Of a stretch of DNA of 64,000 bases, positions 50,941-64,000 are shown piece by piece; the stretch's first letter is position 1, and the number at the start of each line of letters is the position of its first letter. The stretch comes from Octopus sinensis (lineage: Eukaryota), in assembly GCF_006345805.1 (NCBI RefSeq), contig NC_043015.1, positions 40,300,001 through 40,364,000 on the forward strand. The letters run 5' to 3'. A model generated the notes under the pieces. The model ran no database searches. It was not told the DNA's origin and saw nothing but the letters and a program-made list of their open reading frames with translations. The position numbers and the translations under genes were made by a program.

Positions 50941-52434
50941 GTAATGCAGTTGTTTGTGAGTGAAGTATACTATAAAGAGATGGGGAGGGGAGCAGGGAGA
51001 CAGCTTTCAATGAAAATTGTGTTTATTGCTTGCACTTATAACTGTTTAGTTTCAACAGATGTCACCCAGACAGACAGACAGAGAGACAGACTAACAGACA
51101 GACAGTGCTGTAACTGTATCTGTGCACAAATTGTAGGGGTGAGGGTGCCGAGTCTCATAATGCTTTGCAAAGTTGGGGCACCAGTGATGTCTCCAAAGTG
51201 TTATGCCAGTGTTATATGGAATATAACAGAAGTCCCAAAAAGTGGGGCCCTTTTTCTTGTAATGAGTTCAAATCAACCTAAAGGATATTGTAAATATATT
51301 TGTTCAAAATATGATCACCATCGTTAGCAATGATATTTTTTCCTCCTTTGAAACCAGCTTTTTTTCTATCCATGGGCCACAAAAATCAGGCTTTTTAGAA
51401 AAAGAAAGTGTTTGGGGTGACCAGTTTGACAGCGTCCTTGCTTGTAAATGGTTTTTTTTTTTTTTTTCCCACTGGTAACAAAGTGTTCAAGTGACCCAAA
51501 CAAGTGAGAAATGGGTAATTCATGCCAACAGCAAACGCAAGAAGCAGTGTTTGTCTCTAAATGAAAATCTGAATCCAACACCCAAGCCAGATCTGTGTCC
51601 AAAGGAAATTTTGGTGTGTTTGGTGGCATGCAATAGGCATTGGACACTTTAGGTGAGTGGTGGTGGTGGTGGTGGTGGTGGTGGTGTGGAGTACACACTG
51701 TAAAGTGGTTGGCATTTGGATGGGCATCAATCCATAGAAACCATGCCAAAGCAGACACTGGAGTTCACCACAGCCCTACAACTCACCAAAACCTGACTAA
51801 CCCTCTGACCCATGACGGCATGGAAAACAGATGTTAAATGATGATGGTGACGATCATGACAACAACAACATCAACTATGAGGATAACAACAACAATGATG
51901 ATGACAGCAAAAGCGATGACGATGATGACGGCAATAGTGATGACGGCAAAAGCGATGACGATGATGACGGCAAAAGCAATGGCGACGGCAATAGTGATGA
52001 CGGCAAAAGCAATGACGATGACAAAAGCGATGACAATGATGACGGCAAAGATGATATTCCACTGGATAACTCCCGAGACAAAGCTGATGTCCCAACTGTC
52101 ATGTACTCCTGCTCAATATCACTTTCTGATATCCGATACTCGTTCATTTTACTCCTTTGCGTAATATCAACATGAAGTTGATACTCTTTACCAGGTCACA
52201 ACACAGCAGGAGTCAGCAAGAAACTTTTCTGGGACAATTCTGGCTTTGCTGTGACGCAAGTTTAGGTTCTGTGTGAGTGTGTGTGTGTGTGTGTGTGTAT
52301 ATACGTCTGTGTGAGTGTGCGTGTACGTGTGTGTGTATAAGTCAGTGTGCATGTGTGTGTGTGCACTTCCTATGTTTGCATGTGTGAATTTCTAAGTGTA
52401 TGTGTCCTTGTATGTACGTATATGTATGTGAACC

Positions 52435-52465
<31 letters not shown>

Positions 52466-52785
52466 ATAAGTGTGTATATACGTGTGTGTGTGTATTTGTA
52501 TGTGTGTGTGTGCATATATCTGTGTGTGTGTGTATGTGTCTGTGTTTGTATTTGTGTGTGTGTGTATGTGTCTGTGTGTCTATGTGTCTGTGTGTCTATG
52601 TGTGTGTGTGAGTGTGTACTATAAATTTATGCATGTGTGGATTTCTGAGTGTATATATCCTTGTATGTATATGTATGTGTACTTATATATGTATGTATGT
52701 ATGTAGGTATGCATGCATATACGTGTGTAAATACATGTAGGAGTGTATGAGTGTGTGTGTGTGTGTGTATGTGTTTATATATATA

Positions 52786-53194
52786 TACTCTTTTACTCTT
52801 TTACTTGTTTCAGTCATTTGACTGCGGCCATGCTGGAGCACCGCCTTTAGTCGAGCAAATCGACCCCGGGACTTATTCTTTTTGTAAGACCAGTACTTAT
52901 TCTATCGGTCTCTTTTGCCGAACCGCTAAGTGACGGGGACGTAAACACACCAGCACTGGTTGTCAAGCAATGCTAGGGGGACAAACACAGACACACAAAC
53001 ACACACACATATATATATATACATATATACGACAGGCTTCTTTCAGTTTCCCTCTACCAAATCCACTCACAAGTCTTTGGTCGGCCCGGGGCTATAGCAG
53101 AAGACGCTTGCCCAAGATGCCACGCAGTGGGACTGAACCCGGAACCATGTGGTTGGTTAGCAAGCTACTTACCACACAGCCACTCCTGCGCCTA
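52786..53194 (-). mobile_element. SINE family C full copy
   Basis: Matches 1787-2258. Confidence 0.8.
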
Positions 53195-53204
53195 TAAATA
53201 TATA

Positions 53205-53235
<31 letters not shown>

Positions 53236-53646
53236 TAGCTATCTGTGACTGTTTATATTTGGGTCTTCCATTAATCTCTGTTTATGTGGACTTGAGTGTG
53301 GCTTCATGTATACAATACGCATGAATATATTACATGTGTACATGTGGGTGTATGTCAGTGTGTAGGTCAATGCTGGCATGAATGTATGTAGATCATTGCT
53401 GTGTATTTTTCTACGCATGTTATAAGTGTGTCTACCCATGTATATTGTCCGTGTGTGTGCGTGTGTGTGTGCTGTTGTATAGACATACATTACATGTGTA
53501 TGCGTGGGTTCTGTATTACATTATCTGTGTGTGTGTGTTTGTGTGTTTGTGCGTGTGTGCGTGTGTTTGTATGTGTGTGCATAAGTCATTAAGACAGAAA
53601 TGTCTTTAAAACTACTGAATGGCTTTCCAGTTGTCTAATGATATCC

Positions 53647-53681
<35 letters not shown>

Positions 53682-54115
53682 GATAGTTGCATATATAAGT
53701 GTGTGGGTATGTGTGTATATGTATGCATACATGTATGTATATATATATACATATACACATGCACACATAAATATGTGTGTGCATATATATATATGTATGT
53801 ATATGTATGTATATGTATGTATATATATATATATATGTATATGTATGTATATGTATATATATATGTATATATATATATATGTGTGTGTATAGGTATGTAT
53901 ATGTGTATATATATGTGTGTGTGTATATGTATGTATATGTGTGTGTATATATATATATATGTGTTGTGTGTGTGTATGTATGTATATGTGTGTATATATA
54001 TATATATGTTGTGTGTGTGTGTATGTATGTATATGTGTATATACATATGTATATATATATATATTTATGTGTATATGTATGTATATGTATATATATATAG
54101 TGTATATATTATATG

Positions 54116-54157
<42 letters not shown>

Positions 54158-54580
54158 TATATATATATCGTTACTTATTCGCTCAGACGAAATTTTATAC
54201 AGTAAAGCCATATATATATATATATATATATCGTTACTTATTCGCTCAGACGAAATTTTATACAGTAAGCAAACACTACAAACTCAGACAATAACCACCA
54301 CCACCACCACCACTACCACTGCCATCACATCACCACCACCACCACCACCACCACCCCTGTCTTGTAGCCTACTTCAATTTCAGGGCTCAAATTGGCAACT
54401 GTGAGAAAGTTACCAAATCTCTTTGAAACAAGAATAATGCAAACGCACACGCACACACACACACACGGATGTGCATTTCCACACATATACATATATACAC
54501 AAATATATATACACACGTAAATGCATATATAGACACAGATGTATAGAGAGAGAATGACAGCATACGGATGATGATTAGTA

Positions 54581-54627
<47 letters not shown>

Positions 54628-55040
54628 CGTTTTTGTTGAAGGCACAATGCCATGAAATTTTGGGGGTGGGGACTAGTCAATTACATCGACCCCAGTATTT
54701 CACTGGTACTTAATTTAACAACCCCGAAAGAATGAAAGGCAAAGTCGACCTCAGCGAAATTTGAACTCAGAGCATAGCGACAGGCGAAATGCCTGCTAAG
54801 CATTCGTCCAGTACGCAGACAATTCTGGCAGCTATAGGAACAAGTCCTCAAATTTTATGGGGAAGATCTAGTCGATGGCATCGACTCTGGTGCTTCTTCT
54901 ATGGACCTTGAAAGGAGGAAAAAGGTAAAGCTAAAGTCTGCAGAATTTGAACTCAGAATGTGAAGACGGACAGAATGCCTCCATGCATTTCCTCCAGTAT
55001 TCTAAGAATTCTGCCAGATTGCTGCCTCGATAATAATAAT

Positions 55041-55440
55041 AGCAGAAAGTACCAGATAATTGACTTTGCAGTCCCAAATGATGAAGAGATCGAATATGAG
55101 CGATATAGAATAAACAGCATTAGTACCGGGACCTGGCCATTGAATTACGGAGCCTATAGAAAGTGGGGGTAAAATGTATCCCAGTAGTTATAGGTGCATT
55201 AGGAACTATCCCTAAAGATTTGAACAGATGGATAGAGGAAATAGGCATAAAACCCAGTTTAGTACAGCTCCAGAAAACAATGTTATTAGGGATAGCTAGG
55301 ATACTTAGGAGGGTTCTTGGCAGCTAAGGTTACTTGCTGTAACCCAATAGGAGGGTTCTTGGCATCTAAGGCTACCTGTTGTAGCCCGATTTTAGGTTTC
55401 TTTTCTTTTCCAACAGTCTAAACGGTTGAGTGTATATGAA
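55041..55440 (+). mobile_element. R4/Dong-like non-LTR retrotransposon 3' fragment (restriction-like endonuclease domain, degraded)
   Basis: Encodes QIIDFAVP...YRDLAIELRSL...PVVIGALGTIPK...LQKTMLLGIARILRRVL; flanked by (TAA)n. Confidence 0.7.
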
Positions 55441-55762
55441 TAATAATAATAATAATAATAGCAATAATAATAATAATAATAATAATAATGATGATGATGA
55501 TGATACTTTCTATTGTAGGCACAAGGCCTGAAATTTTTGGGGAGGGTTTAAGTTGATTACATCGACCCCAGTACTCTACTGGTACTAAATTTATCAACTT
55601 GAAAAGGATGAAAGGCAAAGTCGACCTCAGTGGAGTTTGAACCCAGGACATAGCAACGTGCGAAATACCGCTAAGCATTTCATCCAGCTTGCTGATGATT
55701 CTGTCAGCTCACTTCCTTAATAATAATAATAATAATAATAATAAAAATAATAATAACAAAAA

Positions 55763-55793
<31 letters not shown>

Positions 55794-56745
55794 AATGATA
55801 ATTGTAGTGTTTCATTCTGTGCTAAATGTTCGTAACTACAAGTTACGCAGCTCACTTTCCAAGTACCATGCTGTACCATTCCTAGTACCATTCTATTGAG
55901 CGTAGCAATAATGACCGTTTTTATGGCTGCCAGTTTATTCATCTCTCCTCTCATGGTTTCCATGTGGTTGCACAAGACTTCCTTTGAGAGTTCTGTACAC
56001 ATATCAGGATACCAAATCAGTAACCCAAAGCAATTATCACATTATTCCTTCTTGAAACATATTGGTTTTTTACATCCTGCCATAATCCTTGCACTTTGCT
56101 TCAATTAAGAACTTGACACAATTTTCGTGTTTGGCAAGAATTGTCAATAATAGGCTGCTCCACTTCTTCTATGACTCTGGCATTGGTGTCATGCCTAGCC
56201 CGGGGACTTGATATATATTTCTTTACTACCCACAAGGGGCTAAACACAGAGGGGACAAACAAGGACAGACAAACGGATTAAGTCGATTACATCGACCCCA
56301 GTGCGTAACTGGTACTTAATTTATCGACCTCGAAAGGATGAAAGGCAAAGTCGACCTCGGCGGAATTTGAACCCAGAACGTAACGGCAGACGAAATACGG
56401 CTACGCATTTCGCCCGGTGTGCTAACGATTCTGCCAGCTCGCCGGGGACTTGATATGGTCACACTGTCACTATAGGCATCCTTGCAGACTCAGAGGGAAC
56501 CATTGTGCCAAGTGTTGTGCACAATTCTGGTTCTGGTTACCTTCTGTTCAGTGGGACCAGTTGCTCAAATGCCACTAACTGCAGTGGGCAACCCTCCTAT
56601 TTAATCCATGCAGTACCAGGTCGATCCGAAAATCTAATCAGTCCATGCCAGTTACAAGGTCAAACATCCCTGAAAGTTTCATCCAAATCCATCCAGCGGT
56701 TCTTGAGATATCTTGTCCATGGACAAACAAACAACTAAATACTAT

Positions 56746-56972
56746 ACTCTCTTACTCTTTACTCTTTTACTCTTTTACTTGTTTCAGTTATTTGACTGCG
56801 GCCATGCTGGAGCACCGCCTTTAGTCGAGCAAATCGACCCCAGGACTTATTCTTTGTAAGCCCAGTACTTATTCTATCGGTCTCTTTTGCCGAACCGCTA
56901 AGTGACGGGGACATAAACACACCAGCATCGGTTGTCAAGCAATGCTAGGGGGACAAACACAAACATACACAC

Positions 56973-57005
<33 letters not shown>

Positions 57006-57179
57006 CATATATATACGATGGGCTTCTTTCAGTTTCCGTCTACCAAATCCACTCACAAGGCATTAGTCGGCCCAGGGCTATAGTAGAAGACGCCTGCCCA
57101 AGATGCCACGCAGTGGGACTGAACCCAGAACCATGTGGTTGGTAAACAAGCTACTTACCACACAGCCACTCCTGCGCCT
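56746..57179 (-). mobile_element. SINE family C full copy
   Basis: Matches 1787-2258. Confidence 0.8.
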
Positions 57180-58289
57180 TTGCTCCATACCTCCACCTTT
57201 GCTAAGGTGGAGCTAATAATAATAATAATAATCTTTTCTACTATAGGCACAAGGCCTGATATTTTGTGGGAGGGGAGTAGTCAATTACATTGACTCCAGT
57301 GTTTCACTGGTACTTGATTTATCGACCCCGAGAAGGATGAAAGACAAAGTCAACCTCGGCGGAATTTGAACACAGAACGTGAAATTTAAATGAAATGCTG
57401 CTAAGCGTTTTGCCTGGCTTGCTAACATTGCTGGCTGCTCACCACTTTAATAAAGAAAAATGATGATGACGATGATGATGATGATGATGACGACGACGAC
57501 GATGATGACGATGATGATGATGACGATGATGATGATGGTGATGAGGGTGATGATGATGATGATGATGAGGATGATGATGATGGTGATGAGGGTGATGATG
57601 ATGAGGATGATGATGAGGGTGATGATGATGATGATGACGATGGCAATGGTGATGGAGACAACGATGATGATGATGATGACGACGATGATGATGGTGGTGA
57701 TGATGATTATGATGATGATGATGATGGAGACGACGATGATGATGATGACGACGATGATGATGGTGGTGATGACGATGATGATGATGAAGAAGATGATGAT
57801 GATGATGATGATGATTATGACGATGATGATGACGACGACAACGACGACGATGATGATGATGATGATGGTAACTTTTGAAACTTCTGGAATCTGAGGACAA
57901 ATTACTGCTGCTGCCATTGTTGTTGGAAAACGGTAGGAGGAAGAATTTAGCCTCAGACAGCACCGTCTCTAACATGTGTGCGTATGCATGTGTGTGCGTG
58001 TGTGTGTGTGTGTAAGTCCCCACCATTATTTCCAGCGTCTTCTGTGTCTACCCCCATCGCCCCTCATTCCACCCACGGCCACCCCACACCATGGATTTAA
58101 TATCTTACACTTTTAAAAGGGTTATCTCATTAGCAAAGTTGGTTTTTTTGATTCTTAGATCTTCAAAGAATGTCTCATTCTATCCCATTCTTTCACTCTC
58201 TCTCTCTCTCTCTCTTTCTATATATATATATATGTATATGTATATGTATGTATATATATACGTGTGTGTGTGTGTAATATGCATTATAA

Positions 58290-58328
<39 letters not shown>

Positions 58329-58355
58329 CATCATCATCCTTTATATATATATGTG

Positions 58356-58407
<52 letters not shown>

Positions 58408-58949
58408 CACACACACACACACTCTAATTAATGGTAAAATGAGCTGTTCCGACCCATTCTTACCAATGCTAATATGATTCCTCTGACAAACAGACAAACA
58501 GACAGGCAGACGAACAGTCAGACCAACAAAGTAACCAGACTCATCTTAAACTATTACAACACTTTTTCTTCACAATTATTTCTCCTCGTTAGAATCCTCC
58601 GTCAAATCCGTTCCACTTACATCGCCATTAAGGTTAACGATATTAGATTATTGATTACAAGACCACAAGTTCAAACACCTCTGTTCTATGAATTAGATCC
58701 AGGTAATATTGACCTTTCAAACCTTAGAACCAGCTTCATCTTCAGGCATCTGCACACTGGGCAACAGGCCCCAGGGACATCATGGGTCTAGGAGCCCAAT
58801 TCTTATCTATGCATTCTGGGGCTTGCTGTCAGATAAGTACTATAGAACTCAATGCTGTGATTTGTCTGGGAGCCTAGGGATGCTGGTAAGGTGTACCTGT
58901 GTACCTGCTTATAATGTCCAGCTATTCTTTTTTTAAATTTTTTTTTTGT

Positions 58950-59345
58950 GTAGGCATGACTGTGTGGTAAGAAGTTTGCTTCCCAACCACATGGTTCCAG
59001 GTTCAGTTCCACTGCATGGCACCTTGGGCAAGTGTCTTCTACTATCGCCTCAGGTCAGCCAAAGCCTTGTGAATGGATTTGGTAGACGGAAACTAAAAGA
59101 AGCCTGTCATATATATATATATATACATGTATGTGTGTTTGTGTTTGTCCCACCCACCCCCAACATCACTTGACAGCCAATGGTGGTTTTTTTACGACCT
59201 TGTAACTTAGCGGTTCAGCAAAAGACACCGATAAGTACTAGGCTTACAAAGAATAAGTCCTGGGGTCGATTTACTCGACTAAAGGCGGTGTTCCAGCATG
59301 GCCGCAGTCAAGTGACGGAAACAAGTAAAAGAATAAAATAAAGAA
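58950..59345 (+). mobile_element. SINE family C copy, plus orientation
   Basis: Reverse complement of 56746-57179. Confidence 0.75.
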
Positions 59346-59408
59346 AAGAATATATATATATGTATACATACATACATTTATATATATTTACATACATATA
59401 TGTATATG

Positions 59409-59449
<41 letters not shown>

Positions 59450-60030
59450 CTATTTTTTTTATAACTGATACTATTTTTATTAATGTACATATTTTTAACT
59501 TTAATGGTACGCTGTATTCTTCCTGTTCTTATGTTATCATTTTGTTTTAAATATACTAAATTTCTTTTTACATCTTTCCCTGAAGATATTCTCACTTGCA
59601 GTAATTAACCAAATTAATTTAGTTAAATTAAATTAAATTTGGTTGATTTTTGTACGGCAAGTGATGAATTGAAACAATTGTAGGTCCAATCTTGCCAATG
59701 TTAATAAACTTTTATTAATCTTATCTCCATCTATTTATAATATTATATATGTGCTTATATTATTCAAGCAGTCTAATCTTGGCTATTTTTATCCCTCCGA
59801 GGTTTATATATCCTCACCTGTGATATATATGTGTGTGTGTGTGTGTGCGTACACAAAGTATGGGGGTTTAGTTCACAGGTGATTTAAACGATTAGGTGCG
59901 CTAGGTAAGTGGTGTTACGGATTACTAGGGCTCCAAGGTTGTAACCGAGACGGTAGTCATGGAGCCATTGCAGATTTCTGATGCAGCGGATTTATAATTG
60001 TTAAAGAGAACAACAAACAATACAGCAAAG

Positions 60031-60208
60031 CAAACATCTTGAGTCATATATATTATTATTACTGGAAGACATTCAAAGTCTTACAGCTGTTTCCAGGATA
60101 TCTCTGAGTATGTTGACAGAGTATCCCATACTTGGGGACATCCCAGAAACAGCCGTAAGACTTTGAATTTCTTCCAATAATAATAATGTATATGACTTGA
60201 GATGTTTG
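60031..60208. repeat. Palindromic MITE-like hairpin (~73-bp arms) containing GAAACAGCTGTAAGAC in each arm
   Basis: caaacatct...gtcttacagctgtttc versus gaaacagccgtaagac...agatgtttg. Confidence 0.75.
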
Positions 60209-60334
60209 CCTTGCCATAACACTTGTTGTCCCTTTTAACAAGAAGACACTTGCCCAAGGTGCCACGCAGTGGGACTGAACCCAGAATCATGTGGCTGGTA
60301 AGCAAGCTCCTTACCATACAGCCACTCCTGTACC

Positions 60335-60366
<32 letters not shown>

Positions 60367-60580
60367 ATGAGTTTCTTTCAGTTTCCGTCTACAAAATCCA
60401 CTAAAAAAACTTTGGTTGGCCCGGGGCTATAGTAAAAGACACTTGCCCAAGGACTGAACCCCAAATTGTGTTGTTGGGAAGCAAGCTTCTTACCTCACAG
60501 CCATGCCTGCATCTTTTTGCCATGTTTGACCACTGAACACAACGTGTTTTTTTTCATTCTCTCTCTCTTTCCTCTTATTC

Positions 60581-60616
60581 CTTTCTGTTGAAGAGCATAC
60601 GCTCGAAACATAAAAG
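60581..60616 (+). ncRNA. Decayed minimal hammerhead motif (separate family)
   Basis: CTTT CTGTTGA A GAGC atac GCTC GAAA CATA AAAG. Stems I and II pair, but core A6 and G16.2 are substituted. Confidence 0.5.
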
Positions 60617-60683
60617 ACTTTTCCATTTTTCCCAAGTGTCAAACTAATACACTTGCTTGTTATTCATACACCTGTCTTTGTTC

Positions 60684-60865
60684 AGTTCTGTATTTAAGAG
60701 ATGAGGAATTACGAGCATTATTTACATTATTTACATTTCACGGATATTTGTCCTCATCTTGTTTGTTGTTAACACAACGTTTTGGCTGATATACCCTGCA
60801 GCCTTCATCAGGTGTCTTGGGGAAATTTCAAACCTGGGTTCTCATTCCTAAGGTATTTTTCGATG
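60684..60865 (-). mobile_element. Headless HHR module of the same family, inverted (HHR 60771-60816 with G12>A)
   Basis: The reverse complement matches aaaaataccttaggaatgagaacccagg...ctcttaaatacagaact. Confidence 0.75.
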
Positions 60866-60883
60866 ATGTTGTTGTTGTTGTTG

Positions 60884-60915
<32 letters not shown>

Positions 60916-60918
60916 TGT

Positions 60919-61221
60919 GGGCATATGGCGTAGTGGTTAAGAGTGCGGGCTACTAACCCCAAGATTCCAAGTTCAATTCCAGGTAGTGACCTGAATAATA
61001 ATAATAATAATAATGATAATAATAATAATCATAACATCGCAAAAAAACAACTTAGGAATGAGAACCCTGATTTGAAATTTCCCCAAGATACCCGATGAAG
61101 GCTGGAGGGTATATCAGCAGAAACATTGTGTTAACAACATACAAGATGAGGACAAATATCAGTCAAATGTAAATAATGTAAATAATGCACGTAATTCTTC
61201 GTCTCTTAAATATAGAACTGT
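60919..61221 (+). mobile_element. tRNA-headed hammerhead element, copy 2 (HHR 61087-61132 decayed: CCGATGA, GAAACATT)
   Basis: Same head, (AAT)n linker and module junction as 28757-29027. Confidence 0.75.
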
Positions 61222-61607
61222 ATGAAACAATGTCATTGTTGAAAGAGAAAGGTTCTTGAGAGCTTGTTCTAGTTTCCCCATAATTCTAAACAATACAGTG
61301 TTACAGAGTTAAAATGATGTCCAGCCGATATGTTCTTGGTCCAGTCACTCCCAGAAGTGTAAGTGTTTGGTGTAGAGTGTGAAAGATGTGATGTGGGGGT
61401 TGTGTTGAGGTCTCTTGTGTGGAATAAAGATTAAGATTAGAAGCAAGAAATCGGTCAAGTGTTGTGGTGGGTGTGTTGGTCAAGGAAATAGTAGGTGGGT
61501 GGAGGAGCGGCAGGAATAAAGAGAATAAATCATTGTGTGACTCTTGGCGCCAGTTGTGTCTGTGTGGGAGGGAGGGAGGGAGGAAAGTCGGAATTAGTTG
61601 TGTGAAA

Positions 61608-61910
61608 TGAGGTCAATGATGATGAGGTCAATGATGATGAGGTCAATGATGATGAGGTCAATGATGATGAGGTCAATGATGATGAGGTCAATGATGATGA
61701 GGTCAATGATGATGAGGTCAATGATGATGAGGTCAATGATGATGAGGTCAATGATGATGAGGTCAATGATGATGAGGTCAATGATGATGAGGTCAATGAT
61801 GATGAGGTCAATGATGATGAGGTCAATGATGATGAGGTCAATGATGATGAGGTCAATGATGATGAGGTCAATGATGATGAGGTCAATGATGATGAGGTCA
61901 ATGATGATGA
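61608..61910. repeat. Perfect 15-bp tandem array (TGAGGTCAATGATGA) x ~20
   Basis: Direct reading. Confidence 0.95.
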
Positions 61911-61950
61911 TGGACAATGTCAATGTCAACAATAATGATTTTTTGAGAAC

Positions 61951-62333
61951 GATGAGATGAGATGAGATGAGATGAGATGAGATGAGATGAGATGAGATGA
62001 GATGAGATGAGATGAGATGAGATGAGATGAGATGAGATGAGATGAGATGAGATGAGATGAGATGAGATGAGATGAGATGAGATGAGATGAGATGAGATGA
62101 GATGAGATGAGATGAGATGAGATGAGATGAGATGAGATGAGATGAGATGAGATGAGATGAGATGAGATGAGATGAGATGAGATGAGAGAGATGAGATGAG
62201 ATGAGATGAGATGAGATGAGATGAGATGAGATGAGATGAGATGAGATGAGATGAGATGAGATGAGATGAGATGAGATGAGATGAGATGAGATGAGATGAG
62301 ATGAGATGAGATGAGATGAGATGAGATGAGATG
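61951..62333. repeat. (GATGA)n pentanucleotide array (~75 units), followed by (GATA)n at ~62515-62625
   Basis: Direct reading. Confidence 0.95.
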
Positions 62334-62518
62334 GATGTCTTCAATTGGAGATAAGGAAACAATTGTTTGTAGTGATTGGTCAAAATTGGTGGGGAGAGAG
62401 AGAGAGAAAGAGACTGACTGACAGATAGATAGATACGCACACATACGTCTGTGCATGCTGGTAATAGATTGTTAGATAGACAGTGTGTGTGTGTGAGACA
62501 GAGAGAGAGAGATGGATG

Positions 62519-62626
<108 letters not shown>

Positions 62627-64000
62627 CACAGACAGATAGACATAGATAGATGGACAGATTGATAGACAGTGTGAGAGAGCGAAAAAGACAATAAAATTAA
62701 AGGAAAGATATACAGAAAGAGTCTTTGAGACAGACTTTCAGATGTTGTCACTGGAATTTCTTATCTGAATTCTCTGTTTCAATCTCATCATTTTATTCTC
62801 CCCCACCACCACCACCACCACCACCACCAGTTGTCTTCTCAGATAAAAAGAGATTTCTTTGCTGGAATTTTTTTTTTAATCCACATTTTCCAAACACTTT
62901 GATTCCGTCCCTCAGAGATTTCTTCCTCCTTCAACACAACCATTATTTATTATTTTTTCATACCTTTGTACCATGTTTAGATTTTTTTTCTTTTAAATAT
63001 TTTCTTCACTTTATCACTAATGGCATCTCCGGTCTTGTCCCTTCTTCATCAACCAGGCACTAGCTACAACTTTTACACTGCACTCCTCCTGCTTCAGAAT
63101 ATGTGATCTCATACTTTGGACGTTTCTATATGTTTCTCTATGTCTCATTCTCTCTCTTTCTCCCTTTCTAAGTGTGTGATCATATCTCTATTTATGTGTC
63201 TGAGGAGATGGAGAATATTTAAATGAATCATGTTCAACTAATAAATTATTCTCTCTCTCTCTCTTTCTATGTATGTATGTGTGTATGTATGTACATATTT
63301 CCATGTGTGTTTGCCTCCAGTGCCAAAAAGCACAGACACCAAAAACAGGCTTAATGTCCAATCAGCCACAATGCCAAATCATATGCACCCAAACAGCTGC
63401 ATTTGGTCATCTTAGTCTAATCAAAATGATAACTTGTATGAAATATATAAAGAGTAGTCCCCCTTTGCAATGGAGACTTATATTAGAAACTATATCACTG
63501 TATTTGAAGACTATAAGGTACTGGAATTTTTCAGATGCCCCTCAAATTTAGCAAACCAATTCTTGAGCCACCATTTATCAGTAACTCAAACTCCAACCCT
63601 TTAATTTCTAAGATGTAGATTGATTGTTTATCATGTGTTTTTCGAGGAAAATCAAGGGCAACTCAGAAGTAAGTTTCATGTTTGTAGCTTTTTATAACTT
63701 AACGCTAAGAGTTGGGAAAAATTCTATCTCATGGATCATGCTTCATGTCATTCCTTATGTCCTTACTCGTGAAGACAAAATTTTGGTGCTGCTTCTTTAA
63801 TGAAGGAATCATAAAAAAAACTGAAACAAATACACGCCAAACACACTCAGACATACAGACAGTTAGCATACTTTATTAAGGTCTTCTAATTAATCTTAAT
63901 TAAGCCTAATTTTCAATTTCCACCAAAATATTTCCACATTTTTTCTTTCTAGATACAAAAGAATTTTCTTTTTTCTTTTTTCTTTTTAATTATTTTCGTT

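Noticed and set aside
52195-52254. Candidate terminal exon (ttaccag|VTTQQESARNFSGTILALL*); also tag|AAG TAG near 49378
   Set aside because: No resemblance to NR1 C-tails and no evidence beyond an AG.

Overview
Eukaryotic, AT- and microsatellite-rich genomic DNA. The repeat landscape resembles a cephalopod/octopus genome (inference, not proven). The window holds most of one intron-rich gene on the + strand: the NMDA receptor GluN1 (NR1/GRIN1) subunit. I assembled 16 coding exons by hand (3056-44933; 2592 nt = 864 codons). All have GT-AG boundaries with matching phases and run from the signal peptide through ATD, S1, M1-M3, S2 and M4 to the C0 tail. The last C-terminal exon(s) and stop codon were not found and probably lie beyond 64000. 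The introns are packed with several tRNA-derived SINE families, an RTE-tailed element with internal tandem repeats, CR1 and R4/Dong-like LINE fragments, TTAA-flanked piggyBac-like MITEs, foldback elements and simple repeats. The most unusual signal is a set of hammerhead ribozyme (HHR) motifs of about four different designs carried by small intronic elements. One is a complete canonical type I HHR (11598-11642, minus strand). Another is an element joining a tRNA-like Pol III head to a minimal, palindromic-stem-III hammerhead (28757-29027, plus three decayed copies). Several inverted-repeat structures could form long pre-mRNA duplexes, including a ~310-bp inverted duplication bracketing exons 11-16. 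Coordinates were counted by eye: exon and ribozyme coordinates were checked base by base, repeat boundaries are approximate.
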